Source: Squalus acanthias
Lineage: Eukaryota
NCBI GenBank assembly: GCA_030390025.1
Contig: CM059432.1
Location: 142,478,001-142,542,000 of the forward strand
Reading direction: 5' to 3'
Length of the DNA: 64,000 bases
Within the stretch, counting starts at the first letter, position 1, and every line of letters starts with the position of its first letter. The notes under the pieces were generated by a model. The model ran no database searches. It was not told the origin of the DNA and saw only the letters and a list, made by a program, of their open reading frames with translations. Below are positions 24,789 to 33,743 of this stretch, piece after piece. The position numbers and the translations under genes were made by a program.

Positions 24789-27140
24789 TTACACTGCGCT
24801 CTCGTCGTGCACGCGCACGTAACGTTCTCGCCACTCTCCCGTGTTCTCATGCTTGGTGAGGCGTTTGTCTCTTTTACAATGTATGAACAATAGGTATACT
24901 ACAATAAACACTTGACAGACGACTAAAATGTGGGAGGCTATTCTGACCCATGAGGGCACTTCAATATTCGTGAACAGATTCCACCATGGTGGAACCACTA
25001 TGTCCAAAATGTCTGTACCTATCTCGACGGTTTTCTGTTCTAATGTATAAAAATGCTTTTGTGACACCGCGACGGCTTTCAGAAGTTTGGTTAAATGCTC
25101 GGGGAGAGGGGGAATGAGGTATCCAAAATGCGCGACAAATCGCTGCAAGTCGGTGAAATTCTCTTTTACTGTGAGATGAACAGTGGATGGTTCAGGGATT
25201 GGGATAATTCGCTGTTGTGCTACTTGAACTTCAGCCCTGGGTTTAAAACAGAAACTGCTGTCACTCACCGGACACCGGCTACGGTTTCCATGCTGGTAGT
25301 GTTGCGCTGCAGTGGTAACACAATATGTTCCACCCCCGATGTATGCTACCTGCGGAGGCACATGATCTTGTGCCATTGCCTCCATGGTGCAATTCATGGA
25401 CTTGGCGCCAGCCGTTCTGAACCCGCACTGTGGTGTTAAAAAGGCATTCAAGTGCTGGGGGCACAGTATTATGTGTGCTCCCCTGCCACGACAACCAGAG
25501 AGATCTGTACCTGTCATCGTTTGCTCCCAGCGGATGACGTAAGGTGGAACTGCTGCATAACGAATGTGGGCCCCCCCCTGAATGACACCAATGTTCTCTA
25601 CCCGATACACCGGGGCGGGCTTTGCTGTGTTGCCCAAAACCGGCATGCGTAATACTATTCCCATAATAGTATGGTTTGAACGTCCGCAGTCCACGGGGAC
25701 TGGGTAAGCTTCTGAAGCTAGCCTGAGCTGGCACGGACTTAATGCGTTCTGAAAAGGGTGGAGCGCCCGCAGGTGTTTGTTACTTATCCAGGACGGAACC
25801 AAACCTTGTTTTAAATCCTCCAAATTACTGCGGCCCTCGCCCAGTAACCACGCCCCGTAAAGCACGCACACCTCGTTCTGCGCAGCTTGATCGGATGCAT
25901 TCCGATCTTCCCGAATCAGGGCATTTACCGTACGCGCATGTTTCTCCAGCTCTGCTATGATTTCCTTTAAGTGTAGTGTCATGGCTTGGTCCTCGTGCAG
26001 ACCCGACCCTACCACTTTATTCTCATCTGTTAGGATGTCCTTTAGCTGTGTTTTTAAACCATTAATCTGGGTCTGCAGCTCCACACTGTCTAGAGCGTTG
26101 ACCACAGATGTCCCTGTATTAAAAGCAGTGAACGCATCGTTCACCAAACCCCTTCTTTGCCTCCCTACTTGGTCCAAAACTTCCTGCGGTGCGGTGTATA
26201 AACTTGTCTTATCAATTTCTGCAAAATCAAACTCGTAAAATTGCCTGAACATCTTGGTCAACAGGACCTGATACAACTGTTCCGTCTTTTTGGGGCACCA
26301 CTCTGGTAACCGTACCTCAGTGAGATTTAAAATCACCGAGGCCACCGCGTAATGCACTCCCTGAAATAGTATCTGGTCTGTGGGGACCAGTACCAAACCG
26401 TTCCCGGGTCCCTTACTAGTTTTAGGGCACCCTTCTTCCTCAGTTAGAACTACCGGAATCGTGGGCGGGGCTTTGCGTGGGCGCGTAATGAGCTCAGTGG
26501 CATTTACTGGGATCGGAGAGTATGGGGCTCCGCACCCCCTGGTGCTCGCATCCCACCTCATCCCCTGTCCGTTATCCTGCCACTGGTTAATAAAGAATAT
26601 GGAGATGCCTTTGGGGCAAACGTACTTTGACCCCCACATACAAACATAAATCCCCTCATCCGGTTCCCACCATTTGTCCCAACAGACTTTCACTTGTCCA
26701 TCTGTCCCCGTAATTGTCCGATGGGTATTATTACCCAGTCGCTCCCACTCAACCGAAGAGTTCCTCATAGTTTTGCTCAGCTTTCGCAGCCACCACCATC
26801 GGCTCAATGGGACATTCCCACTGCAGGTCAAACAAATCCGTTTGCCGACGGTGACGCTGATCCTGGGTGCGATGATCCGTACTTTGGGGCACATTAAAGA
26901 AGTCTCTTTGTAGGCGAACCCCGATGTGCTGGAATACTCCGTTGAGTTCGTTCCCAGCCATCCTGGCCACCTTCCCTTGTGGAAATAGGTGCTGGTCCCT
27001 TCTGCCTTCCGTCTCCCGGTCCCATCCACCGCGATGGGGGCCGTGTCCCCGGAACATCCAAACACCACGACATCCTTGGTGAGGCCCCGATAGGCCAATC
27101 CACATCCGATTGCCGCGAGCAATACTATGAGTCGTTCCAT
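24789..27140 (-). CDS. env: Envelope glycoprotein (783 aa), F-protein-like class I fusogen with an N-terminal Ig-like domain
   Basis: Signal peptide MERLIVLLAAIGCGLA, several N-glycosylation sequons, furin site RQRR (26151-26162), then an apolar peptide and heptad repeat, a Cys-rich region, a C-terminal TM helix (IASHILVVCQVFIVVYLLFIHC) and a short tail. Confidence 0.92.
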   Translation of the reverse strand: MERLIVLLAAIGCGLAYRGLTKDVVVFGCSGDTAPIAVDGTGRRKAEGTSTYFHKGRWPGWLGTNSTEYSSTSGFAYKETSLMCPKVRIIAPRISVTVGKRICLTCSGNVPLSRWWWLRKLSKTMRNSSVEWERLGNNTHRTITGTDGQVKVCWDKWWEPDEGIYVCMWGSKYVCPKGISIFFINQWQDNGQGMRWDASTRGCGAPYSPIPVNATELITRPRKAPPTIPVVLTEEEGCPKTSKGPGNGLVLVPTDQILFQGVHYAVASVILNLTEVRLPEWCPKKTEQLYQVLLTKMFRQFYEFDFAEIDKTSLYTAPQEVLDQVGRQRRGLVNDAFTAFNTGTSVVNALDSVELQTQINGLKTQLKDILTDENKVVGSGLHEDQAMTLHLKEIIAELEKHARTVNALIREDRNASDQAAQNEVCVLYGAWLLGEGRSNLEDLKQGLVPSWISNKHLRALHPFQNALSPCQLRLASEAYPVPVDCGRSNHTIMGIVLRMPVLGNTAKPAPVYRVENIGVIQGGAHIRYAAVPPYVIRWEQTMTGTDLSGCRGRGAHIILCPQHLNAFLTPQCGFRTAGAKSMNCTMEAMAQDHVPPQVAYIGGGTYCVTTAAQHYQHGNRSRCPVSDSSFCFKPRAEVQVAQQRIIPIPEPSTVHLTVKENFTDLQRFVAHFGYLIPPLPEHLTKLLKAVAVSQKHFYTLEQKTVEIGTDILDIVVPPWWNLFTNIEVPSWVRIASHILVVCQVFIVVYLLFIHCKRDKRLTKHENTGEWRERYVRVHDESAV

Positions 27141-27424
27141 CCTTCCTTGGTTCCTGTGATCAGATAGAATGAGGTAGCCAGCCTCGCAAAAAGTCTCTGG
27201 CTTTTGTGAAGGGTGAGCGGGTCCCCTGACCTCGCCTCACGTAAACTTCAACGTTTGCTAAATAGACTTCCTCTAAACCTAGCCTTAAAACTCCCATCAT
27301 TTTATCGTTATCTGTTAAAAACACTACAAACTTAACCTTATTAAAACTACTTAAAACTTTAAACTAAAACTTAAAACCTTAAACTAATAACTTTACAATG
27401 CCGCCCGTTCTCAGGGCGGCCCCT

Positions 27425-30400
27425 TTAAATCCTGAGAAGGCTGCTGCGAGCTCTTCCCGACGGTGGGAGGGCACTGACCCTTCCCTCTGATCTGCCGCAG
27501 CCTGTTGCTGCGCTGACCCTTTCCTCTGATCTGCCGCAGCCTGTTACTGCTTCGATGTGGCCTGTCTCTACCCGGGTTATCTTAACCTGAAACTTACGCC
27601 CTGGGGCAGCCTGTGGACCTGACCACATCTTCCTGGGCTGGGGTACTCTGCTTGACCTACGGGGAATTGCTATGGGCGGGGGCTCCGTGACGGACGGACC
27701 GGGTCCCGAGACCTTCAACGGGATGACCTGGGGTTCCATCACAGGCGCCAGCCCCGCCTCCGCTGACTCCGCCTCCCTAACCTCGGGGCTGGCAGTTCGG
27801 GGCCCCGCCCTGCTCGGCCCAGCAGGCGGCCCTTCACTCGCGAACTCTGCCTCCCCTGAGGACTGGACGTTCAAAGCGGGCGGCCACACCTCTGGGAACC
27901 ACATAGCGGCTGGCCCGGCCTCCTCTAGCTCCTTCCTCCTGCTGTCGGGACCTGCAGCTTGTGTGTCCACCCCGTATGGATCTCTACCTAGCGGCCCCAA
28001 TCCTTCCAGACCGTTCCTCTGAAACCACCCGTCATCATCACTATGCTCATCTGCACTATCCTCATCTGACCAGGGTACCCTGGGGTCCTCGTCATCTAAC
28101 CCCCAACTCCAGAAAAACGCTGCATGATCGTCCGGGATGTCCCTTCCCCTGATGCAAGCTGCTACGCCTGCCTGTGTGCCTTGTGGTCCTACCTGGGGCT
28201 GTGTTTTCCCATTGGCGGGATTTACCCCTGTAGTTTTCCCTTGCGCACCCGGCTGGTACAGTTTACATTGGTTTATGTGGAACCACTTAGTGCGCCGAGG
28301 TACTTTTACGGCGTAAACCATGGGACTTGCCTTGTCTACAATGTTGTAGGGTCCCATATACAGTGGTTCCAGACTCCCTACTCTGGCGTAGTTTCTGACC
28401 ATGACCTGGTCTCCTACTTCCCACTCCCGCGTTTTGCGGGGTTCCAGCAACAAGCGATTGCCCTGGTGCTGCCTTCCCATGTTCCCAGCCGCCTGCTCAT
28501 AAACTTGCTTCAGGCGCTCCAAGAGAGTTTGGGCGAACTTGTCCCTGCTGATCTCTTGAAGCTGACCCTCAGTGAGCACCGGGGCTAGCACATGGGTGGG
28601 GGTTCGCATGAGCCTGCCGGTCATTACCTCGTGCGGGGAGTACCCCGTACTTTTTGACTGACTGGCCCGGACCCCCATGAGGACTAAAGGCAGAACTTCC
28701 GCCCATTTTTGGGGCGAGTTCCTAGTCTCTTTCCTCAATTTCTCCTTCAGGGTCCGGTTCATACGTTCAACAATCCCGGATGACTGGGGATTGTGTGCTA
28801 CGTGCCACTTCCCTTCAATGCCCAAAAGCATGAGGGTGTTCTGCATCACCTGGCCGGTGAAATGACTCCCTTGGTCTGACTCCACGAAACGGGGGAGTCC
28901 CCACCGCGAGAACACTTCCCGGACCAAGATTTTTGCTGTACCCAGTGCCGTAGCTGTTCGACAAGGGAAGGCTTCCACCCACTTGGAAAACACATCCACC
29001 AGGACGAGGCAGTACTTATAACCTCCCTGGGTGGTGGGCAGGGGTCCTATATAGTCGATCTGTATCGACTGCCATGGTCCCTCTACCCTTCTTACGTGTC
29101 CCATGGGCACCTTCCTTTTCTGGGGGTCTGGGTTGTTTGCAGCGCACACAAGACAGTTTGCACAGAACTCGCGGACTTGTTCCCTGAGCCCTGGCCACCA
29201 TCCCGCTTGCTCTACCCGTTGCCAGGTAACCTCGGGCCCGGGGTGCCCTGCCCCTGGTCCCTCGTGAGCCAACTGGAGGAATTCCCTCCTGTGCTGCTGC
29301 GGCACAACCCACTGCTCCTCGCGGAACAGCATGCCTTCCTTAACTGAGAGGGTTGCCGTACTGTACGGACCTTCTACCTGCCTCCCCTCAGCAATCGTTT
29401 TTAGGACTGCTTTTAGGGCGGGATCCTGGGCTTGGACGGTCTTAAGGTCTAGGGGCAATGCTACCCTGGTGTTCCCGGTATTCCCGTCCCCACCTCGGAC
29501 CGCTGCTATGGGTCCGGTTCTATAGGGGTTCCAGAAAGTACCGTCGCGGGCACCCTCCCTGGCCAGCGCATCCGCCTGCCGGTTGCCCTCCCCACGGGGC
29601 TCTGTGGAGGAGTGAGCTTTCACCTTATGGATGAAAATCTCCCCTTCCTCCCCTACTGCTGCTGCTAAGATCTTCTCCAGCAAGGGCTTTACCGTTAAAG
29701 GTCGCCCGTCCGCGGAGGTGTATCCACGGCGGGACCAAATGGCCAGGTATTCCGTACACGAATTGCAGGTGAACATACTGTCCGAGCAAATCGTGTATGG
29801 GGTTGGGAAAATGTCTGGGTGGGTTACCACGTACACCACGGCAGACAGCTCAGCCTGCTGCGCGCTCATGGTGCTAGGGAGCTTGATCGCCAGGGCAAGG
29901 TCTGCCGCAGGGTCATAAACTCCACACCCTGTGAGTCGCTCGCCAGCAGATACTGTGCTAGACCCATCAACATAAATCTCGCGCCCAGTGGGATGTATCC
30001 CGGCCCGTAAACCTATGTTGACGTCCCACACCCCTTCCACCGAACACCGGTGGGCTGTACCGGGGTATACCAAATTGGCCGCAAGCCTGGGCTCGCAAAG
30101 ACCTTTTACTCTGATGTCCAACTGGGAGAGAAGAAGGGTCCAACGCGCAATGCGTGCGCTGCTTACGGTCCCGTCTTTAATCCTCCCATCCAGAAGCATC
30201 TTAGTTGGTGTGTGATGTGTGAGGAGAGTGATGGGAGAGAGCCCTGTGAAGATCGCTGATCTTTTCACAGCCCAATGCGTGGCTAAAAGGTGCCTTTCGC
30301 AATTGGAAAAACTTCTCTCCACATCCGTTAATACCCTGGATGAATAGACAACCGGCCTCAGCTTGCCGTGACGCTCTTGGAGCAGCACGGCGCTTAAGCT

Positions 30401-31927
30401 GTCTCCGCTGGCAGCTACCTCCAGGAAAAACTCCTTCCCCCCATCTATGGCCCCTAAGGCTGGCGCGGTCTGCAGATCCCTTTTTAACTTCTCGAAGGCT
30501 GCTTGGCAGCCCTCGTCCCAAAGCCACTCTACTCCCTTATGGAGGAGTCGGAGGAGCGGCGCCGCTGTGGCCGCATAATCCTCGATAAAATCCCTGCAGT
30601 AACCGGTCAGTCCCAAGAAGGACCTCACACCCCTTACGTTGTTGGGAATCGGTAATTCTTGCACCGACTCCCTCCTTGCTTTGTCTATGGCTCTTTCCCC
30701 AGCGCGTAGGGTCAGTCCCAGGAATTTTACTTCCTGCTGACCGATACGTGCTTTCTTTGGGTTTACTTTAAAACCCTTTCTCGCTAACAGCTCCAATAAC
30801 TCGTCCAGCAGTGGTCCGTGCTCCTCCCTCGAGTCCGTAAATAGGAGCAAATCATCCACATACTGTACTATCTGATTGGGCTGACTAAACTCCTTTAAAC
30901 TTCCTGCCATACACTGGTGAAAAATACTGGGGCTATTGTGGAAACCTTGTGGCAAGCAGTTCCACGTGTACTGTTGCCCTTTAAACGTAAAGGCAAACTT
31001 GTACTGGTCCTCTCGCCGCAGCGGGATGGACCAAAAACCGTTCGAGATATCCAGCACCGTGAACGTGGTCGCGGACGCTGGGATGCTCCCTATTAGGTCA
31101 GCAACTGCTGCTACTGTGGGCGCGCAGGCGGGGATGTTACTGTTAAGGACTCTGTAGTCCACCGTGGCTCTCCACGAATTATCCGGCTTCCTAACCGGCC
31201 ATAATGGGGAGTTCACGTGTGTGGCTATCGGCCTCAACACGCCCTGCTGCACCAAGGAAGACATTGCTGCCTCCATATCGGGTTCTGCTTCTTTGGGGAA
31301 GTTATACTGCTTTTGGGGTCGGGTCATGGGGTCCCCATCTACGCTGACCTCAAACCCGACCACCCTCCCACAATCGTGCTTGTGGGTTGCAAACGCGTGC
31401 ATATTATCTGTCACGTACGTTTGCATGTCCGTTGGGACATCTGCGACCATAAGCCTGAGGTCGTAGCCTCCGGATGGCTGTACGGTACACAGGACCCCTG
31501 TTTCTTCCTCCCCTTGAATTACCATTACCTCGCCTTTTTCACCTTTAGCCCCCCAGAGACAGTGATTTCTGAGGTCCACGAGGATCCCGTGTCCCGCTAG
31601 CAGATCGGACCCGAGAATACCTCTTCCACCCCCCTTTTGCCATGCCATCAGTATACACTTCCACTTAAGGCGAAGTGTTCCTAAACGAATGGATAGCGGG
31701 AGGGAAAACGTGCCAGCCTGTTCTTTCCCTGTGAACCCTGCTAGCGTGAATGGGACCTTGGTAGATAGCGGCGAGTCAAAAGGGTCATCTGTATGGATTA
31801 TGGTGCAAGAAGCTCCCGTGTCCAACAAATAACTGCCCTTTTGTTTCTCTACCTCCATCTCCACCACAGGTCGCCTCCACGCATCATAGCTGAGCGGACA
31901 CAGGTAGACGGGCTGTGCTGGTTCTAG
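27425..31927 (-). CDS. pol: Pol: protease, reverse transcriptase, degenerate RNase H tether, RNase H, integrase, C-terminal extension; probably made by UGA readthrough from gag
   Basis: PR: RRPVV...YLLDTGAS. RT: LDISNGFW, LPQGFHNSP, YVDD (30851-30862). Tether: FFLEVAAS...CERHLLA. RH: YVDGS/QAEL/SDS/VKAH/GNRQAD. IN: HHCC, IDYIG, SDQG, VERMN and GPY. The frame is open directly from the gag stop. Confidence 0.96.
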   Translation of the reverse strand, partial: LEPAQPVYLCPLSYDAWRRPVVEMEVEKQKGSYLLDTGASCTIIHTDDPFDSPLSTKVPFTLAGFTGKEQAGTFSLPLSIRLGTLRLKWKCILMAWQKGGGRGILGSDLLAGHGILVDLRNHCLWGAKGEKGEVMVIQGEEETGVLCTVQPSGGYDLRLMVADVPTDMQTYVTDNMHAFATHKHDCGRVVGFEVSVDGDPMTRPQKQYNFPKEAEPDMEAAMSSLVQQGVLRPIATHVNSPLWPVRKPDNSWRATVDYRVLNSNIPACAPTVAAVADLIGSIPASATTFTVLDISNGFWSIPLRREDQYKFAFTFKGQQYTWNCLPQGFHNSPSIFHQCMAGSLKEFSQPNQIVQYVDDLLLFTDSREEHGPLLDELLELLARKGFKVNPKKARIGQQEVKFLGLTLRAGERAIDKARRESVQELPIPNNVRGVRSFLGLTGYCRDFIEDYAATAAPLLRLLHKGVEWLWDEGCQAAFEKLKRDLQTAPALGAIDGGKEFFLEVAASGDSLSAVLLQERHGKLRPVVYSSRVLTDVERSFSNCERHLLATHWAVKRSAIFTGLSPITLLTHHTPTKMLLDGRIKDGTVSSARIARWTLLLSQLDIRVKGLCEPRLAANLVYPGTAHRCSVEGVWDVNIGLRAGIHPTGREIYVDGSSTVSAGERLTGCGVYDPAADLALAIKLPSTMSAQQAELSAVVYVVTHPDIFPTPYTICSDSMFTCNSCTEYLAIWSRRGYTSADGRPLTVKPLLEKILAAAVGEEGEIFIHKVKAHSSTEPRGEGNRQADALAREGARDGTFWNPYRTGPIAAVRGGDGNTGNTRVALPLDLKTVQAQDPALKAVLKTIAEGRQVEGPYSTATLSVKEGMLFREEQWVVPQQHRREFLQLAHEGPGAGHPGPEVTWQRVEQAGWWPGLREQVREFCANCLVCAANNPDPQKRKVPMGHVRRVEGPWQSIQIDYIGPLPTTQGGYKYCLVLVDVFSKWVEAFPCRTATALGTAKILVREVFSRWGLPRFVESDQGSHFTGQVMQNTLMLLGIEGKWHVAHNPQSSGIVERMNRTLKEKLRKETRNSPQKWAEVLPLVLMGVRASQSKSTGYSPHEVMTGRLMRTPTHVLAPVLTEGQLQEISRDKFAQTLLERLKQVYEQAAGNMGRQHQGNRLLLEPRKTREWEVGDQVMVRNYARVGSLEPLYMGPYNIVDKASPMVYAVKVPRRTKWFHINQCKLYQPGAQGKTTGVNPANGKTQPQVGPQGTQAGVAACIRGRDIPDDHAAFFWSWGLDDEDPRVPWSDEDSADEHSDDDGWFQRNGLEGLGPLGRDPYGVDTQAAGPDSRRKELEEAGPAAMWFPEVWPPALNVQSSGEAEFASEGPPAGPSRAGPRTASPEVREAESAEAGLAPVMEPQVIPLKVSGPGPSVTEPPPIAIPRRSSRVPQPRKMWSGPQAAPGRKFQVKITRVETGHIEAVTGCGRSEERVSAATGCGRSEGRVSALPPSGRARSSLLRI

Positions 31928-33739
31928 TCATGGGGCACTATTAGACGGTCCTGCGGCACCTACGGGGCCGGTTGCGACCGCCACCTGTCCACGCGCATTC
32001 AAAACCATCTTGCGCATGACTCCTAACACTGCTTCGAGGTCTTCGGGAGAGGTGGGTGCCTTTGCTTCCTTAGCCGGGACAGGCGCCTGGGTTCGGACCG
32101 CGGGATTTTTATCCTTGGAATCCTTCCAAGGGTTCCTGCAGTGCTTGCGCCAGTGCCCTGTCTTCCCACACCCGTAACAGGCATTACTTGCCTGTGGGGC
32201 GCGATTACCCTCCTGATGCCACTCTCTTTGAGTCGGGGCTGCGGGTCGTACCTCATGTACTCTCCCCTTAAAGGGACGTGTTGCCATACCCCTTATGTTA
32301 CGGTAACCTAACGTGAGTCGATTCAAGACCGACTCTTCCGTAAGGTTGAGGTCATTGGGATCGAACCAGGCTTTTGCCTGCTCTCTAACGGCTGGTAAAC
32401 TGTTGGCTATTATGCACCTAAGCCAATGAATTAAAGCGGCGCCTTCCACATCTTCGCGCTCGGGCGCACCTAGACAGCTGCGCTCATATACTGGCCACAG
32501 CCTGTCGGCAAAAACCTTCGGGGGTTCTCCCTCCATCTGCACTGTCTGTCCCACTCTAGCAAACGGACCTCCGTCGTTCGCTCCCACTACTTCTAGGACC
32601 TCATTTTTCAATTCCTCATAACTTTTATTACCCCTCTTGCTATCGCCTGAGAGACACTGAAGGACCGAGCTATCTAACGAGAACAGCAGCATTTTTGCTG
32701 TCTCCCCATCATCGCAGCCGTTGATGGCTGCGGCTTGCTCAACTTCCCTAAAATGTACGGAAGGGTCGTCTATCTCGGTCAGCTTCCTTACGTGGTTTAT
32801 CATGGCCCTCAGCTGATGTGAACTGTGAGGCAACACCAGCTGTCCGAGGAGATCCCCCGGTTCTTCCCCACCGTTTCTGCTTGGGCCCCTTTTAATCCCC
32901 GTTACTGGATACAACGATCCCTTTTCTACCTCTTTTTCAACGGGCTCTTTTGCTTCTTCCGTTGCTTCCTCCCTAACCCAGGTTTCTGAATAGCTGGGTG
33001 GTGCGGAGGGCGCACTGGCTACTACTTCTTCTGCTTTACTTGGTGGGGAATTTCTAAATCTCTCATTTACTAGCGGCTGGCGTGCCGACGGATTAATAAG
33101 GCACACCATGCCGTTCGCATTATTCACGGCCCTTTTGAGGCTCTCTATCTCTTTTTCGCAGGCGCTATGGTCGGCTCCCTGAAACTTATCCTCAAGGGCC
33201 AACTTATACGCCGACCTAACCCCCATTAAGCTCTCTTCTTGAGTTCTTATCTGGGCAGCTTGACGGTTACATCTTTCCTTCATCCTACTCTCGTTTAATT
33301 TTGCTTCAGTGATCTGGCACTCGAGATACTCTACCCTTGTTTTAAGGTAACTGGAGACTTCCTGGCTTTCCTGGCGTAACTCATTTAAACTCTTAATGAG
33401 CGCCTCCCCTCCAGAAACCTTCTCCTCCATTTCCTCCTCTAGATGCTTGATTCGAGCGGTTAGCGCTGTATTGGTCTGGTTTGAAATCTGAACCTGCCTT
33501 TTGTAGCACATAAGCCAGACTGCTTTCTCAACTGCCTTTTTATGCTCCTTACTATCCGTCCACCTTTCAGCTGCCTCTAGTGGGCTCTTATCCGCTAACA
33601 ATTCGCTTATCCACTTTTTCGTTAGATTAACCTTTCCAAATACGTAATCCGCTATCTTTTCCTGCATCACATTTCGTACAGTCATTCCAAAATCTAACAC
33701 ACTACCCTCTCGCTGCCAGTGTCCTGCCGCGGTCGCCAT
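31928..33739 (-). CDS. gag: Gag polyprotein (603 aa)
   Basis: First ORF after the LTR. It has an N-terminal coiled-coil-like region, the PSAPPSY late motif, a capsid-like helical region and a CCHC zinc knuckle CYGCGKTGHWRKHC (about 32138-32179). The true start could be a downstream Met. Confidence 0.92.
   Translation of the reverse strand: MATAAGHWQREGSVLDFGMTVRNVMQEKIADYVFGKVNLTKKWISELLADKSPLEAAERWTDSKEHKKAVEKAVWLMCYKRQVQISNQTNTALTARIKHLEEEMEEKVSGGEALIKSLNELRQESQEVSSYLKTRVEYLECQITEAKLNESRMKERCNRQAAQIRTQEESLMGVRSAYKLALEDKFQGADHSACEKEIESLKRAVNNANGMVCLINPSARQPLVNERFRNSPPSKAEEVVASAPSAPPSYSETWVREEATEEAKEPVEKEVEKGSLYPVTGIKRGPSRNGGEEPGDLLGQLVLPHSSHQLRAMINHVRKLTEIDDPSVHFREVEQAAAINGCDDGETAKMLLFSLDSSVLQCLSGDSKRGNKSYEELKNEVLEVVGANDGGPFARVGQTVQMEGEPPKVFADRLWPVYERSCLGAPEREDVEGAALIHWLRCIIANSLPAVREQAKAWFDPNDLNLTEESVLNRLTLGYRNIRGMATRPFKGRVHEVRPAAPTQREWHQEGNRAPQASNACYGCGKTGHWRKHCRNPWKDSKDKNPAVRTQAPVPAKEAKAPTSPEDLEAVLGVMRKMVLNARGQVAVATGPVGAAGPSNSAP
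33721..33738 (-). promoter_or_regulatory. Primer-binding site complementary to the tRNA-Arg(UCG) 3' end
   Basis: The minus strand reads TGGCGACCGCGGCAGGAC, 5 nt after the 5' LTR. The + strand GTCCTGCCGCGGTCGCCA equals the last 18 nt (including CCA) of vertebrate tRNA-Arg-TCG as I recall it. Confidence 0.88.
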
Positions 33740-33743
33740 TTTC

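Noticed and set aside
25095..31600. Antisense and alternative-frame ORFs within env and pol
   Set aside because: Short shadows of GC-rich coding sequence with no recognisable domains.
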